This document shows, in pieces, positions 1 through 9,856 of a stretch of DNA of 64,000 bases. Source of the stretch: Candidatus Aminicenantes bacterium (lineage in GTDB: Bacteria; Acidobacteriota; Aminicenantia; Aminicenantales; JAFGBC01). The notes below the pieces were generated by a model. The model did not search any database, was not told where the DNA came from, and saw only the letters and a program-made list of their open reading frames with translations. Each line of letters starts with the position of its first letter. Positions within the stretch are counted from its first letter, which is position 1. A program made the position numbers and the translations under genes. Location: contig OY969696.1 in the NCBI GenBank assembly GCA_963702005.1, positions 32,001 to 96,000 on the forward strand, written 5' to 3'.

Positions 1-130
1 AGGAGGCCGAAAAGAGGAGATACTCGTTATCCCGGTCGATCGCGGCCAGCTCGAAAAGGAGATTCCGGTAATAGACGCCGACCCCGGTCTCTTCCTTGAG
101 GAACGGCCTCAGGTCAAAGCCGAAACGCAT
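1..130 (-). CDS. Glycosyltransferase family 4 (GT-B) protein, N-terminal part only (runs off the window)
   Basis: Manual translation from the ATG at 130: MRFGFDLRPFLKEETGVGVYYRNLLFELAAIDRDNEYLLF, a typical GT4 N-terminus (D..P....TGVG.Y..NL). Confidence 0.75.
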   Translation of the reverse strand, partial: MRFGFDLRPFLKEETGVGVYYRNLLFELAAIDRDNEYLLFSAS

Positions 131-229
131 GCGTCAACTGTAAGGCCTCCCCCCCTAAATTGTCAACCGGCCGGCCTTGCTTTTTCCGACCGGACGATGA
201 TATCATCCCCGGAAGTGGAGGCCGACAAC

Positions 230-1459
230 ATGCCCTCATTCGACCGTATTATCAAGCGCATTGATTCCTTCCGTGACGAAATGATCGACTGCCAGATCAA
301 GCTCTGCGCCATCCCGGCCATCGCCCCCCAGAGCGGGGGGGAGGGGGAAGCCCGCAAGGCCGATTATCTCCTCGGATTCCTGAAGGCGAACGGCTGGAGC
401 GACATCCAGCTCATCAAGGCGCCCGACCTCGAGACCCCGGCCGGCTATCGGCCCAATATCATCGCCTTTTTTAAAGGCCGGAGCTCGGCCCGGACGATCT
501 GGGTCATGACCCACATGGACGTCGTCCCGCCCGGCGAGCAGTCCCTGTGGAAGGGCGACCCCTACAAGGCTTGGGTCGAAGGCGGCAAGATCTTCGGCCG
601 CGGCGTCGAGGACAACCAGCAGGATTTGGTCGCCTCGCTCTTCGCCGTCAAAGCCTTCCAGGCCGAGAGCCTGCTGCCGAGTTACGACATCGGGATCGCC
701 CTGGTCGCCGATGAAGAGACGGGAAGCGCCAAGGGGATCGACTACGTCCTTCAGAACAGCAACACCTTCCGCAAGGACGACCTGATCATCGTCCCCGACG
801 CCGGAAACGAGGACGGGACCCTGATCGAAGTCGCCGAGAAGAGCATCCTCTGGCTCAAGTTCAAGACCGAGGGCAAGCAGGCCCACGGCTCGACGCCGGA
901 GAAGGGGATCAACAGCTTCAAGGCCGCCTCCTACCTGATCACCAAGCTCGACAAGCTCTACGGGTTCTACGCGAAACCCGACCGCCTGTTTGATCCGCCC
1001 ATCTCGACCTTCGAGCCGACCAAGAAAGACGCCAACGTCCCCAACATCAACACGATCCCGGGCGAGGACGTTTTCTACATGGACAGCCGGATTCTGCCCA
1101 GCTACGACGTCGAGGCCGTCATCAAAAAGATCCGGGCTACGGCCGACCGGATCGAGAAGCAGTTCAAGGTCAGAATCGAGATCGAAGAGAAGCAGAAGGC
1201 GTCGGCCGCGCCGCCGACATCGGCCAAGGCCCCCGTCGTCCTGGCCCTCAAGAAGGCCGTCAAGGACATCTACGGCAAGGACGCCCGGGCCAAGGGCATC
1301 GGCGGCGGGACGGTCGCGGCCGTCTTCCGGCGGGCCGGGTTCAAGGCCGCCTGCTGGTCGCGGGTCGACGAGACGGCCCACCAGCCCAACGAATACTGCA
1401 AGATCGACAACATGCTGGGCGACGCCAAGGTCTTCGCCCACGTCTTCCTCCAAGACTGA
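230..1459 (+). CDS. M20/DapE-ArgE family metallo-hydrolase
   Basis: HMDVVP, GRGVEDN, DEETGS, HGS and AHQPNEY motifs; GGAGG RBS ahead of the ATG at 230 (track start 197). Confidence 0.9.
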   Translation: MPSFDRIIKRIDSFRDEMIDCQIKLCAIPAIAPQSGGEGEARKADYLLGFLKANGWSDIQLIKAPDLETPAGYRPNIIAFFKGRSSARTIWVMTHMDVVPPGEQSLWKGDPYKAWVEGGKIFGRGVEDNQQDLVASLFAVKAFQAESLLPSYDIGIALVADEETGSAKGIDYVLQNSNTFRKDDLIIVPDAGNEDGTLIEVAEKSILWLKFKTEGKQAHGSTPEKGINSFKAASYLITKLDKLYGFYAKPDRLFDPPISTFEPTKKDANVPNINTIPGEDVFYMDSRILPSYDVEAVIKKIRATADRIEKQFKVRIEIEEKQKASAAPPTSAKAPVVLALKKAVKDIYGKDARAKGIGGGTVAAVFRRAGFKAACWSRVDETAHQPNEYCKIDNMLGDAKVFAHVFLQD

Positions 1460-1541
1460 AGCAAGGCCCGGACCCGATCCGGATCAAGGTTGTTCGTCCC
1501 GCCCGGTCCGGCGGCCGGATTTAAGCGCAGGGGGTGCTCCG

Positions 1542-1862
1542 ATGAAGGACTCTATATTAATCCTGACGACGGTCCCCGACGAGGACAAAGGCCGGGCGAT
1601 TGCGGCCCGGCTCGTCGAGTCGAGACTCGCGGCCTGCGTCACCGTTTCGGCCGCCGCCCGGTCGTATTATTGGTGGGAAGGGAAGATCAACGAGGCCGGC
1701 GAATACGTCCTCTTTATAAAAACGAAAGCCTCGTTGTTCAAGAAACTGGAGGCCGCCCTCAAGGCCGTCCATCCTTACACGATCCCCGAGATCATCGCCC
1801 TTCCGATCGTCGAGGGCTCGAGGGCTTATCTGGACTGGATCGCCAAAGAGACCGAGGATTAA
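1542..1862 (+). CDS. cutA: Divalent-cation tolerance protein CutA
   Basis: C-terminal part of track ORF 990..1862: LVESRLAACV, SYYWWEGKI, HPYTIPEIIALPI. Confidence 0.92.
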   Translation: MKDSILILTTVPDEDKGRAIAARLVESRLAACVTVSAAARSYYWWEGKINEAGEYVLFIKTKASLFKKLEAALKAVHPYTIPEIIALPIVEGSRAYLDWIAKETED

Positions 1863-2815
1863 GGGCGCATCCGCTGGGCGCGCTGGGCGACCCTGATCGT
1901 GGCGATGTGGACGGCGACCGTGTCCTCGATGTTCGAGGCGTAGCCGCCGGCCAGGACGACGGCGAGAGGGATGCCCCGCTCGCGGGCGCCCTCGATGACG
2001 ACCCGGTCCCGTTCCTTCAGCCCATCCATGGTCAACCTGAGGCCGCCCAACTGGTCGCCCTCGTAGGGATCGGCCCCGGCCAAGTAGACGACCAGGCCGG
2101 GGTTGAATTCCTGATAAAGCTCGGGGAGACGGGCCCTGAGCTCGCGGAGATAGACCTCATCCCCGTCTCCGGCCCACAGGCCGACATCGACCGTGCTCTC
2201 CGGCTTCTCGGCCGGATAGATATCCATCTGGTGGATCGAGAAGGTCAGGACGTCTTTCCGCCCCGCAAAGATGAAGGCCGTCCCGTTCCCCTGATGGAGG
2301 TCGCAGTCTACAATCATGACGCGTCCGATTTTCCCCTCTCGGAGGACCGTCTCGACGGCGACGGCCACGTCGTTGAGGACGCAGAATCCCTCGCCGTGCT
2401 CCGGGAAGGCGTGGTGAAATCCGCCTCCGATGTGAACGGACAACCCCATCGCCAAAGCCGTCCGGGCGGCCAGGACGGTCCCCCCGACCTGGAGCAGGGC
2501 GAACTTGAGGAGGGCGGGCGAGTAGGGTAGCTCCAGGATCGATATATCATCCTTGGAGAGCGTTCCCGTCGCCAGCTTCTTCAGGTATTTCGGCGAATGG
2601 ACGAGGAGGATGTCCTCCTCGGAGGCCGGCTCGGGCGGGAGGAAATGCTCCTTCCTCGCGCCCTGCAGGAGGAGCTTCTCGTAGATCATCCGGTACTTGC
2701 GGACCGGGAAGACGTGCTTCCCGATGTCGAGCATCCAGTACTCGTTGCTGTAGACGAACTTGTAGGGGAAGCGCTTCCCGAGCAGAAGCCGCAGAAGATC
2801 CAGGGCCTGGGTCAT
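1859..2815 (-). CDS. Zn-dependent histone deacetylase family protein (AcuC/HDAC11-like)
   Basis: GGGFHHA, GFCVLND, DCDLHQGNG, GADP and GGY motifs. Confidence 0.9.
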   Translation of the reverse strand: MTQALDLLRLLLGKRFPYKFVYSNEYWMLDIGKHVFPVRKYRMIYEKLLLQGARKEHFLPPEPASEEDILLVHSPKYLKKLATGTLSKDDISILELPYSPALLKFALLQVGGTVLAARTALAMGLSVHIGGGFHHAFPEHGEGFCVLNDVAVAVETVLREGKIGRVMIVDCDLHQGNGTAFIFAGRKDVLTFSIHQMDIYPAEKPESTVDVGLWAGDGDEVYLRELRARLPELYQEFNPGLVVYLAGADPYEGDQLGGLRLTMDGLKERDRVVIEGARERGIPLAVVLAGGYASNIEDTVAVHIATIRVAQRAQRMRP

Positions 2816-2882
2816 GAAGGGGTAACGATAACATAAAAGCGGCGGAGGGGGAAAGGGGCGGGGCCCAGCGTCGGCGAACGGG

Positions 2883-3749
2883 TCAAGCCAGGGCGAACGG
2901 GTCGGGGAGGCTGTCGGGAGGGATTTCGAGGCGCACGGGGTTTTCGATGAGGTCGGTCAGAAGCGCGATCGTGTTCGCGTAATAGACCCCGTCGGTGATG
3001 CGCTCGTCGAGAGTGATGTTCATATCCAGGACGTCCTGGACCTCGAGATCGCCGCGCTCGTTGACGACCGGCTCCTTCTTTCGCTTGCCGACGACGATGA
3101 AGAAGACCGCGTTCCCCCACTCGTACATGTGGTGGAGAACCGCGTCGAGACCGATGCTGCCCAGGTTGGCCAGAAAGACGCCCGTGTACAGGGCATCCCC
3201 CTTGACGAACGAGGCGGGCAGCCATCCGAAATAGTCGGCCGTCCTTACCCCCCAGAAAGCCAAGCGGGCCAGGCAGCGCGGCAGCTTGGCGACGATATCG
3301 GCCGTCCCCTCGTCCCTGGAGGATTTATTCGCTCTGGTTTCCCGCACGACGGCGGCCACCCGATCGGCCACGTCGGCGGCCGTCGACCGGGGATCGAAGC
3401 TGATCTTGACGGTCGTCTCGCCCGCGTCCTCGGTCAGCTCCCGCTTGACGACGAACGACAGGTCGATCGTCCGCCGCTGGTAGATACGGCGCCCGGCGAC
3501 GAAGCGATTGGCCTCGGGCCGCAGGGCCAGCGTCCTCACGCTGGCCGCCAGGATGACCTGGAACAGCGAAATCTTGTTCTCCCGCCCGGCGTTCGTCCTC
3601 TCCAGCCAGGCCAGCGTGTTGCGGAGCCTCAAGCGCCGCGAGTAGTAGATCATGGACTCGATCCGCGTCCTCATCAGGTAGGGGAACATCTTGCGAAAAC
3701 CGGGGAGCTTCCTGAGCCGAACGCCGTCGCATCGATCGCCTATAGCCAT
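2883..3749 (-). CDS. 2-oxoacid dehydrogenase E2 catalytic-domain-like protein with no lipoyl domain
   Basis: P..NRF, NLGSIG and TLDERITDG (canonical E2 motif is DHRxxDG). Confidence 0.75.
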   Translation of the reverse strand: MAIGDRCDGVRLRKLPGFRKMFPYLMRTRIESMIYYSRRLRLRNTLAWLERTNAGRENKISLFQVILAASVRTLALRPEANRFVAGRRIYQRRTIDLSFVVKRELTEDAGETTVKISFDPRSTAADVADRVAAVVRETRANKSSRDEGTADIVAKLPRCLARLAFWGVRTADYFGWLPASFVKGDALYTGVFLANLGSIGLDAVLHHMYEWGNAVFFIVVGKRKKEPVVNERGDLEVQDVLDMNITLDERITDGVYYANTIALLTDLIENPVRLEIPPDSLPDPFALA

Positions 3750-3854
3750 GGCGCCTCCCTGGCGGGAAATCTACCGCTTTGCGGCTCGGGTGTCAATCGA
3801 AAAGAAAGCCGGGCAGGAGGAGACCCGGCCGGTTCCCCGGATCGAGCGATACGG

Positions 3855-5207
3855 CTACAATTCACGGACGATCAATTCTTGAACGCCCAAACCGAGAAGC
3901 CGCTTGTCGGCGGCCAACCCCAGCTCAGCCGGCGACTTGGGTTTCTTTACTCGAAAGGCAATATGCAATAAACATTTCTCATCGCTTTTCCGCAGCAGTC
4001 TCACAGGGATAACGGCCCCTTTTTGCTGGATTTTTCCGTTCCGAAATATCCAGCGATCGATGAGCCAGCCGTTGATGATTATCTCGATCTCCTGCCGCGG
4101 ATTTTTCTCGTTGACCAGAGCTTTCGCCATGCCGGTTAACACAAGGTCCTTTTTCGGGACGGGGGCTACGGCAAGGACGATATCCGCCTCATAGCCCAAA
4201 GCCCAAGACCCCCAGGGGGCGGCCGTCGACCACCAACGGCTCTTGAATCGACCGGCATTTCCCGAATCCGTGAACGACAGGACCGATCCCAGCGCATACG
4301 CGGGCGCCGGCAGAGCCAGATAATCCCGATGCTTAAGGGGCGTGACCGCATAGCCGTAGTCTTCGAGCTTATTCAAGGTCCCTTCGATTCGAGTCCTGAC
4401 ATCCGGCGGAGCCGATGCATAGTCCGCGGCTCTCGCGATCTCGATCAGGATGGGCGGATTGCGGTTGGCGGCGATGGTTCGGCGCGCCCCGTCAAGAACC
4501 GCGTCCTCAAAGCCCTCCACGTCGATTTTGATGAACGACACGCCGGGGATATTGAAACTGTCAAGCGTCCGGAGCTCGACGCGATCGCCCCCCGTGCCGA
4601 TCCCGACAGTCGCCTCGATGCCGTTGATGGGCCTGTCCATTTCAACAATCCGGACATCCCCGCCCAGCGCGAACCTTAGGGGGATGACGTTGCTGATCCG
4701 ATTCTCGATCAGGTTGAAGATCAGTTCCCGAAAAACCTTTTTTTGGGGCTCAAAAGCGAAGACGCGGCCTTGCCGGCCGACGAGCTTGGCCATGGCCAGC
4801 GTATGCGTTCCGATATAGGCCCCGGCGTCGATGACGGCCGATCCGGGCTTGATCGACTCAGCCATTAACTCGATAAAATCCTCCTCCCAGACCTGGCCCT
4901 TGGACACGACCTGTTTGATGCCGTCAAGGCGCTCTTCCTTCTCGACGAAAAAGGAAAAGCCGTTTTTCGTCGGACAAAGATTGTAGCGATCGCGGGGGAA
5001 GCTCTTAAGATAAACCAGAAGTTCCTTATGATCATCCAGCAGGAACGGTCTGGCTGCATCCGCGGCGAGGAATTCTCTAAGGCGGCTGTCCGTGGAGACA
5101 TCCTGGGTGGCGTTTCGGCAGGAGACGGCCAGGCAGATAAAGCCCGTAATCAAGATCCGCGTCGCGCGAACGTACCTGGTCAAAGTCGCGGAATCGATCT
5201 CCTTCAT
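3855..5207 (-). CDS. FkbM family SAM-dependent methyltransferase with N-terminal hydrophobic segment and extra C-terminal domain
   Basis: IDAGAYIG, FAFEP and IKIDVEGFE motifs. Confidence 0.85.
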   Translation of the reverse strand: MKEIDSATLTRYVRATRILITGFICLAVSCRNATQDVSTDSRLREFLAADAARPFLLDDHKELLVYLKSFPRDRYNLCPTKNGFSFFVEKEERLDGIKQVVSKGQVWEEDFIELMAESIKPGSAVIDAGAYIGTHTLAMAKLVGRQGRVFAFEPQKKVFRELIFNLIENRISNVIPLRFALGGDVRIVEMDRPINGIEATVGIGTGGDRVELRTLDSFNIPGVSFIKIDVEGFEDAVLDGARRTIAANRNPPILIEIARAADYASAPPDVRTRIEGTLNKLEDYGYAVTPLKHRDYLALPAPAYALGSVLSFTDSGNAGRFKSRWWSTAAPWGSWALGYEADIVLAVAPVPKKDLVLTGMAKALVNEKNPRQEIEIIINGWLIDRWIFRNGKIQQKGAVIPVRLLRKSDEKCLLHIAFRVKKPKSPAELGLAADKRLLGLGVQELIVREL

Positions 5208-5242
5208 TACAGCCGAATGATATCCCCGCCCCCGATAGAACC

Positions 5243-7132
5243 TCAGTCCCCCGGCTTGCTTTTATAGATGCCCGCCCCTTCGGTTCCGGCGTAAAGCGTC
5301 GCCGGATCCTTGGGATCGAAGGCCAGGCTGTAAACGATGACGTGGGGGCAGAGCCCTCCGCCGAAATAGGACCAGTTCGCGCCGCCGTCCTTGCTGCGAT
5401 AAACTCCGAGGTCCGAGACGCCGGCGTAAAGGTCCTGGGGGTTATTCGGATTGATCGCGAAAGCGTCAACGTAGCGGCAGCTGGGGATTCCGTTATTGAT
5501 CCCAGTCCAGCTGGCGCCGTGGTTCACGCTCTTGTAGACTCCGGAGCCGCCGGTCCCGGCGTACATCACGCCGTTCGGGTCGATCGTCAGGTTATAGACG
5601 TAGTAGTTCGACAGCCCGGCGGGCGTCCAGGTTGTTCCCGTCGTCGTGCCCCGATAAACGCCCCCCAACGTATAGGCATAGACCGCTCCAGGAGTCGAGG
5701 GATCGAACACGAGCCCGCCCGGATTTTTGGTCTTGAGGCCGATACAGGTCCAACTCTTGCCTTCGTCTGCGCTCCGGTAGATCCCCTTATCCCAGAGGGC
5801 GACGAAGATCCTGTTATTCTGGATGGGGTCGATGACTATGTCGCAGATGACCCCCCCGAGGTCAGGAACGAGCTCTGTCCAGGTCCGGCCGGCATCCGCG
5901 CTCCGACAGACGCCGCGGATCGCCGTGTAAATGATGAGAGGGTTCTTGGGATGGACGGCGACGGTCCTAATCTCGCCCACTCTCCAGCCGGTGGGGACGA
6001 TGGACGTCCAACTCGTGCCGCCGCCCGTCCCTTTATACAAGCCCGGGCTGCAGGCCGCGTAAAGGGTTCCGGCCGTTTGACCGTCGAAGGCGATCTCCAT
6101 AATGTTCAGGGCGTTCAATCCCTTCTGCGCGGCCGTCCAGTTGGCGCCTCCATTTCTGCTCCTGAAGATGCCGTCCGCTCTCGTCCCGGCATAGACCGTG
6201 GTGGACACCGACCGGGCTACGGCGATTTTATCGACTTCGAGGCCGGTCAAGCCCGTGTTCATGGCCGACCAGGTCGCGCCGCCGTCCGTGCTTTTATAGG
6301 CGCCCATGCCGTAGCTTCCCACATAGAGAACGCCGGGCTTCTTGGAGTCGAGCGCCAGGGCCACAACCTGGACCATATCCCCGACATGGATCGCGGTCCA
6401 TGTCGCGCCGCCATCCGCGCTCTTCCAGAGTCCATTGGCGACGAAATAGAGAATCTTGGAATTGAAGGGATCGATTTCGAATTCTTGGCCCCACTCGCTT
6501 CGGCCCGCGGTGGCCCAAGTCGCGCCCCCGTTCGTGCTTTTGTAGAGTCCTGCGCCGCCGGCGCCGGCGTACATGATCTTAGGATGGGAGGGATCGATCG
6601 CAAGCTGCCAGATGTCCTTGTAGGACAGGTCGTTGCTCATCCAGGTCCAGGTCGCCCCGCCGTTCGTGGTTTTATAAATCCCGTGGCCGCCCGATCCGGC
6701 GAAAATGGTTTGGGGGGAAGTGGGATGGATGGCGACGGACAGGACGGTCCGCTGGGCGAGCAGCGTCCCCGAGACAGACGCCCAGGTCGCTCCGCCGTTC
6801 GTGCTCCGGTAGATCCCCTGGTCGGTCCCCGCATAAACCGTTCCCGGGCTGCTCCGGCTGAACGCAAGGCTGCGGATGCGGGGATAAACGACGCTCCGGC
6901 CGACGGGCTGCCAGGATCTGCCGCCGTTCGTCGTCCTGTAGATGCCGCCGTAGTACATTCCGCAGAGGACCGTGTCCGCATTGGTAGGATGGACCGCCAA
7001 GGCATTGATCGTTCCCCCCGCAGGGCCGACCGCTTTCCAGGCCGGGGCCCGGTCCGCGGTCCCTCCGGCGGCGGAAAGGACAAGGACTAAAGCCGGCACC
7101 GCGAATGAACGATTGAGACATCTGGATTTCAC
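5243..7132 (-). CDS. Secreted BNR/Asp-box repeat beta-propeller protein (YCF48/VPS10-like), paralog 1
   Basis: Signal peptide; many S/T-x-D/N-GG-x-T/S-W Asp boxes; GTG start after GAGGAGGGA. Confidence 0.85.
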   Translation of the reverse strand: MKSRCLNRSFAVPALVLVLSAAGGTADRAPAWKAVGPAGGTINALAVHPTNADTVLCGMYYGGIYRTTNGGRSWQPVGRSVVYPRIRSLAFSRSSPGTVYAGTDQGIYRSTNGGATWASVSGTLLAQRTVLSVAIHPTSPQTIFAGSGGHGIYKTTNGGATWTWMSNDLSYKDIWQLAIDPSHPKIMYAGAGGAGLYKSTNGGATWATAGRSEWGQEFEIDPFNSKILYFVANGLWKSADGGATWTAIHVGDMVQVVALALDSKKPGVLYVGSYGMGAYKSTDGGATWSAMNTGLTGLEVDKIAVARSVSTTVYAGTRADGIFRSRNGGANWTAAQKGLNALNIMEIAFDGQTAGTLYAACSPGLYKGTGGGTSWTSIVPTGWRVGEIRTVAVHPKNPLIIYTAIRGVCRSADAGRTWTELVPDLGGVICDIVIDPIQNNRIFVALWDKGIYRSADEGKSWTCIGLKTKNPGGLVFDPSTPGAVYAYTLGGVYRGTTTGTTWTPAGLSNYYVYNLTIDPNGVMYAGTGGSGVYKSVNHGASWTGINNGIPSCRYVDAFAINPNNPQDLYAGVSDLGVYRSKDGGANWSYFGGGLCPHVIVYSLAFDPKDPATLYAGTEGAGIYKSKPGD

Positions 7133-7448
7133 GTATCCCTCCTCGGGTCCAAGATTCCGGAGGAAAAGTACCCCACGTCTTTCAAATTACTATATCCCCA
7201 CCCTCGAATAAATGTCAACGCCGCAGGAGTTGAAATTTCCGGGAGGTTCAATGACGATGAGGTCGGCAAGACAGCATTCCGCCTGGCCGGCCCCCGGGGC
7301 GCGATAAACCGCCGGACGGAAGGGAAGTCCAATCGGGGTGGCGAAGGGGGCGGAGAGAGCCGGCCCGCGCTTTTTGCGGGCGGACGAAGAGGCCTTCCTT
7401 CCGGGATTTTCCGTCCCAAGAAAAGAATCGTCGGCGCCGGGTCCGGCC

Positions 7449-9332
7449 TCAGCTCCCCGGTATGACCTTATAGATGCCCGCCCCTTGAGTTCCCGCGTAA
7501 AGTGTCGCCGAATCCTTGGGGTCGAAGACCAGGCTGAAGACCATGACCTGAGGACAGAGTCCCCCGCCGAAATAGGTCCAGCTCGCGCCCCCGTCCTTGC
7601 TCCTATAGACTCCGAGGTTCGATACGTCCGCGTAGAGGTCCTGGGTGTTCTTGGGATTGACGGCGAAGGCATCGATGTAACGGCAGCTGGGGATTCCCAC
7701 GTTAGCCTCCGTCCAGTGGGCGCCGTGGTCCGTGCTTTTAAAGACCCCGGAGCCGCCGGTCCCGGCGTACATCACGCCGTTCGGGTCGATTGTCAGGTTA
7801 TAGACGTTGTAAGTCTTCAACCCGGCGGACGTCCAGGTCGTTCCCGTCGCGGTGCCCCGGTAGACGCCGTCCACCGTGGCCGCATAGATCGTGCCCGGCG
7901 ACGAAGGATCGAACACGACCCGCCCCGGGCTTTTAGTCTTGAGGCCGATATTGGTCCAACTTCCGCCTCCGTTGGCGCTCCGGTAGATCCCCTTATCCCA
8001 GACGGCGACGAAGATCCTGTCGTTCTGGACGGGGTCGATGGCCATGTCGACGATACTCATGAAATCCAGCCCGACGGCCTTCCAGGTCTGGCCGCCGTCG
8101 GTGCTCTTGTGGACTCCGATTGACCCGAAGGCCACATAAACTGTGAGATGATTTTTAGGATGGACGGCCACGGCCCGAACCTCCCCGCCTCTGCCGTTGG
8201 GCGGCGTGATGTTCTTCCAGCTCGAGCCGCCGTTCGTGCCCTTATACACGCCCGGGCTGCAGGCCGCGTAGAGGATCCCGGCCGTTTGACCGTCGAAGGC
8301 GATCTCCTTGATGTCCAGGGCGTTCAACCCCTTCCCCGCGGCCGTCCAGTTAGCGCCTCCGTCTCTGCTCCTGAAGGTGCCGTCCACGAGCGTCCCGGCA
8401 TAGATCGTGGTGGACACCGATCGGGCTGCGGCGATTTTCCGGACTTCGAGGCCGGTCAATCCCGCGTTTGTGGCCATCCAGGTCGCGCCGCCGTCCGTGC
8501 TCTTATAGACGCCCATGTCGTAGGTTCCCGCATAGAGAACGCCGGACAGCTTGGGGTCGAGCGCCAGGGCCATAACCATAGAACCGACACTGATCGCTGT
8601 CCAGGTCGCGCCGCCGTCCGCGCTCTTCCAGAAGCCATCGGCGACGAGATAAAGAATCTTGGAATTTAAGGGATCGATCGCGAACTCATAGGTAAAGCCG
8701 GCCTTTCCCGTAAAGGTCCAGGTCGCGCCGCCGTTCGTGCTCTTGTAAAGACCCTCGCTGCCGACACCGGCGTACATGATCTTGGGATGGGAGGGATCGA
8801 TTACGAGTTGCCAGATGTCCTTGTAGGACAGGTCGTTGCTCATCCAGGTCCAGGTCACGCCGCCGTTTGTCGTTTTATAGATGCCGTGGCCGCTGGACCC
8901 CGCAAACACGGTGTTGGCCGAGGATGGATGGACGGCCGCGGACAGGATCGCCCGTTGGGCAAGCAGCGATCCGTTGGCGGGCGCCCAGCCCGTTCCGGCG
9001 TTCGTGCTCTTGTAAATTCCGTTGGAGGTCCCGGCATAGATCGTTCCCGGGCTGGTCCGACTGGTCGCGAAGCAACGGATCTCGGGATAGACGATGGTCC
9101 GGCCGACGGGCTGCCAGGATCCGCCTCCGGTCGTCGTCCTGAAGATGCCTCCGGCGGTGCCGCAGAAGACCGTGTTTGCATTGGCGGGATGAATCGCGAT
9201 GGCATTAATCCTTCCGCCCGGAGGGCCGATCGCCTTCCAGGCGGACGCCCGGTCCGGAGCCAATCCGGCGGCTGAAGAAATAAAAGCCAACGACGGCAAC
9301 ACCATAGATAAAACGAGGATTCTCAATTTCAT
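7449..9332 (-). CDS. Secreted BNR/Asp-box repeat beta-propeller protein, paralog 2
   Basis: Same architecture as 5243..7132 with long identical blocks (e.g. TWTWMSNDLSYKDIWQL); ATG at 9332 after GAGGAGGGA. Confidence 0.85.
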   Translation of the reverse strand: MKLRILVLSMVLPSLAFISSAAGLAPDRASAWKAIGPPGGRINAIAIHPANANTVFCGTAGGIFRTTTGGGSWQPVGRTIVYPEIRCFATSRTSPGTIYAGTSNGIYKSTNAGTGWAPANGSLLAQRAILSAAVHPSSANTVFAGSSGHGIYKTTNGGVTWTWMSNDLSYKDIWQLVIDPSHPKIMYAGVGSEGLYKSTNGGATWTFTGKAGFTYEFAIDPLNSKILYLVADGFWKSADGGATWTAISVGSMVMALALDPKLSGVLYAGTYDMGVYKSTDGGATWMATNAGLTGLEVRKIAAARSVSTTIYAGTLVDGTFRSRDGGANWTAAGKGLNALDIKEIAFDGQTAGILYAACSPGVYKGTNGGSSWKNITPPNGRGGEVRAVAVHPKNHLTVYVAFGSIGVHKSTDGGQTWKAVGLDFMSIVDMAIDPVQNDRIFVAVWDKGIYRSANGGGSWTNIGLKTKSPGRVVFDPSSPGTIYAATVDGVYRGTATGTTWTSAGLKTYNVYNLTIDPNGVMYAGTGGSGVFKSTDHGAHWTEANVGIPSCRYIDAFAVNPKNTQDLYADVSNLGVYRSKDGGASWTYFGGGLCPQVMVFSLVFDPKDSATLYAGTQGAGIYKVIPGS

Positions 9333-9474
9333 GCGTCCCTCCTCAATCCTCAAGGCATTTCTTCACTGCGGCGGCACGCTGACTCCGGTTCAATAAAGAC
9401 TCAGCGGCCTCTCTGCTGAGACGACTATACGGTGGCATCCTGATCGCTGTCAAGAATGAAAATCCGCTACAACC

Positions 9475-9504
9475 TTGACGGTATATTAACCATTTTATTA
9501 TAAT
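9475..9504 (+). promoter_or_regulatory. sigma70-type promoter of the AT-rich orphan gene
   Basis: TTGACG-18 nt-TATAAT, followed by a GGGGAGG RBS. Confidence 0.55.
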
Positions 9505-9526
9505 TTATAATAAGGGGAGGTTCAAA

Positions 9527-9835
9527 ATGGAAGCAAAAATCATCAACTGTTATCTCTGCAACGAACAAGCACAACGAGAGGAATATTTTGATAAAACAAG
9601 AATCGTAAGGATAAATTGCCCAAAATGTAAAAAGTATTTGCTGACTCAGGAAGCTTTATATTTTTACTTTGAAAGAAAAGATGGAAAAATTATATTAGAT
9701 AAAATTGATAAGAAGAAGTTGTCGGATTACGTAATAGAACGCTATAATCCAGAGAAGAACGAAGCCATTCCCATTAATATTAGAATAATCGAGGCAGTAA
9801 CGGGGAAACGGTCAATCCATTCGGAGTATGAATAA
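9527..9835 (+). CDS. AT-rich hypothetical protein with a CxxC...CxxC zinc ribbon
   Basis: Strong RBS; CYLC and CPKC; base composition sharply different from the flanks. Confidence 0.7.
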   Translation: MEAKIINCYLCNEQAQREEYFDKTRIVRINCPKCKKYLLTQEALYFYFERKDGKIILDKIDKKKLSDYVIERYNPEKNEAIPINIRIIEAVTGKRSIHSEYE

Positions 9836-9856
9836 AACCGACGCTTCTCTCGCTGT

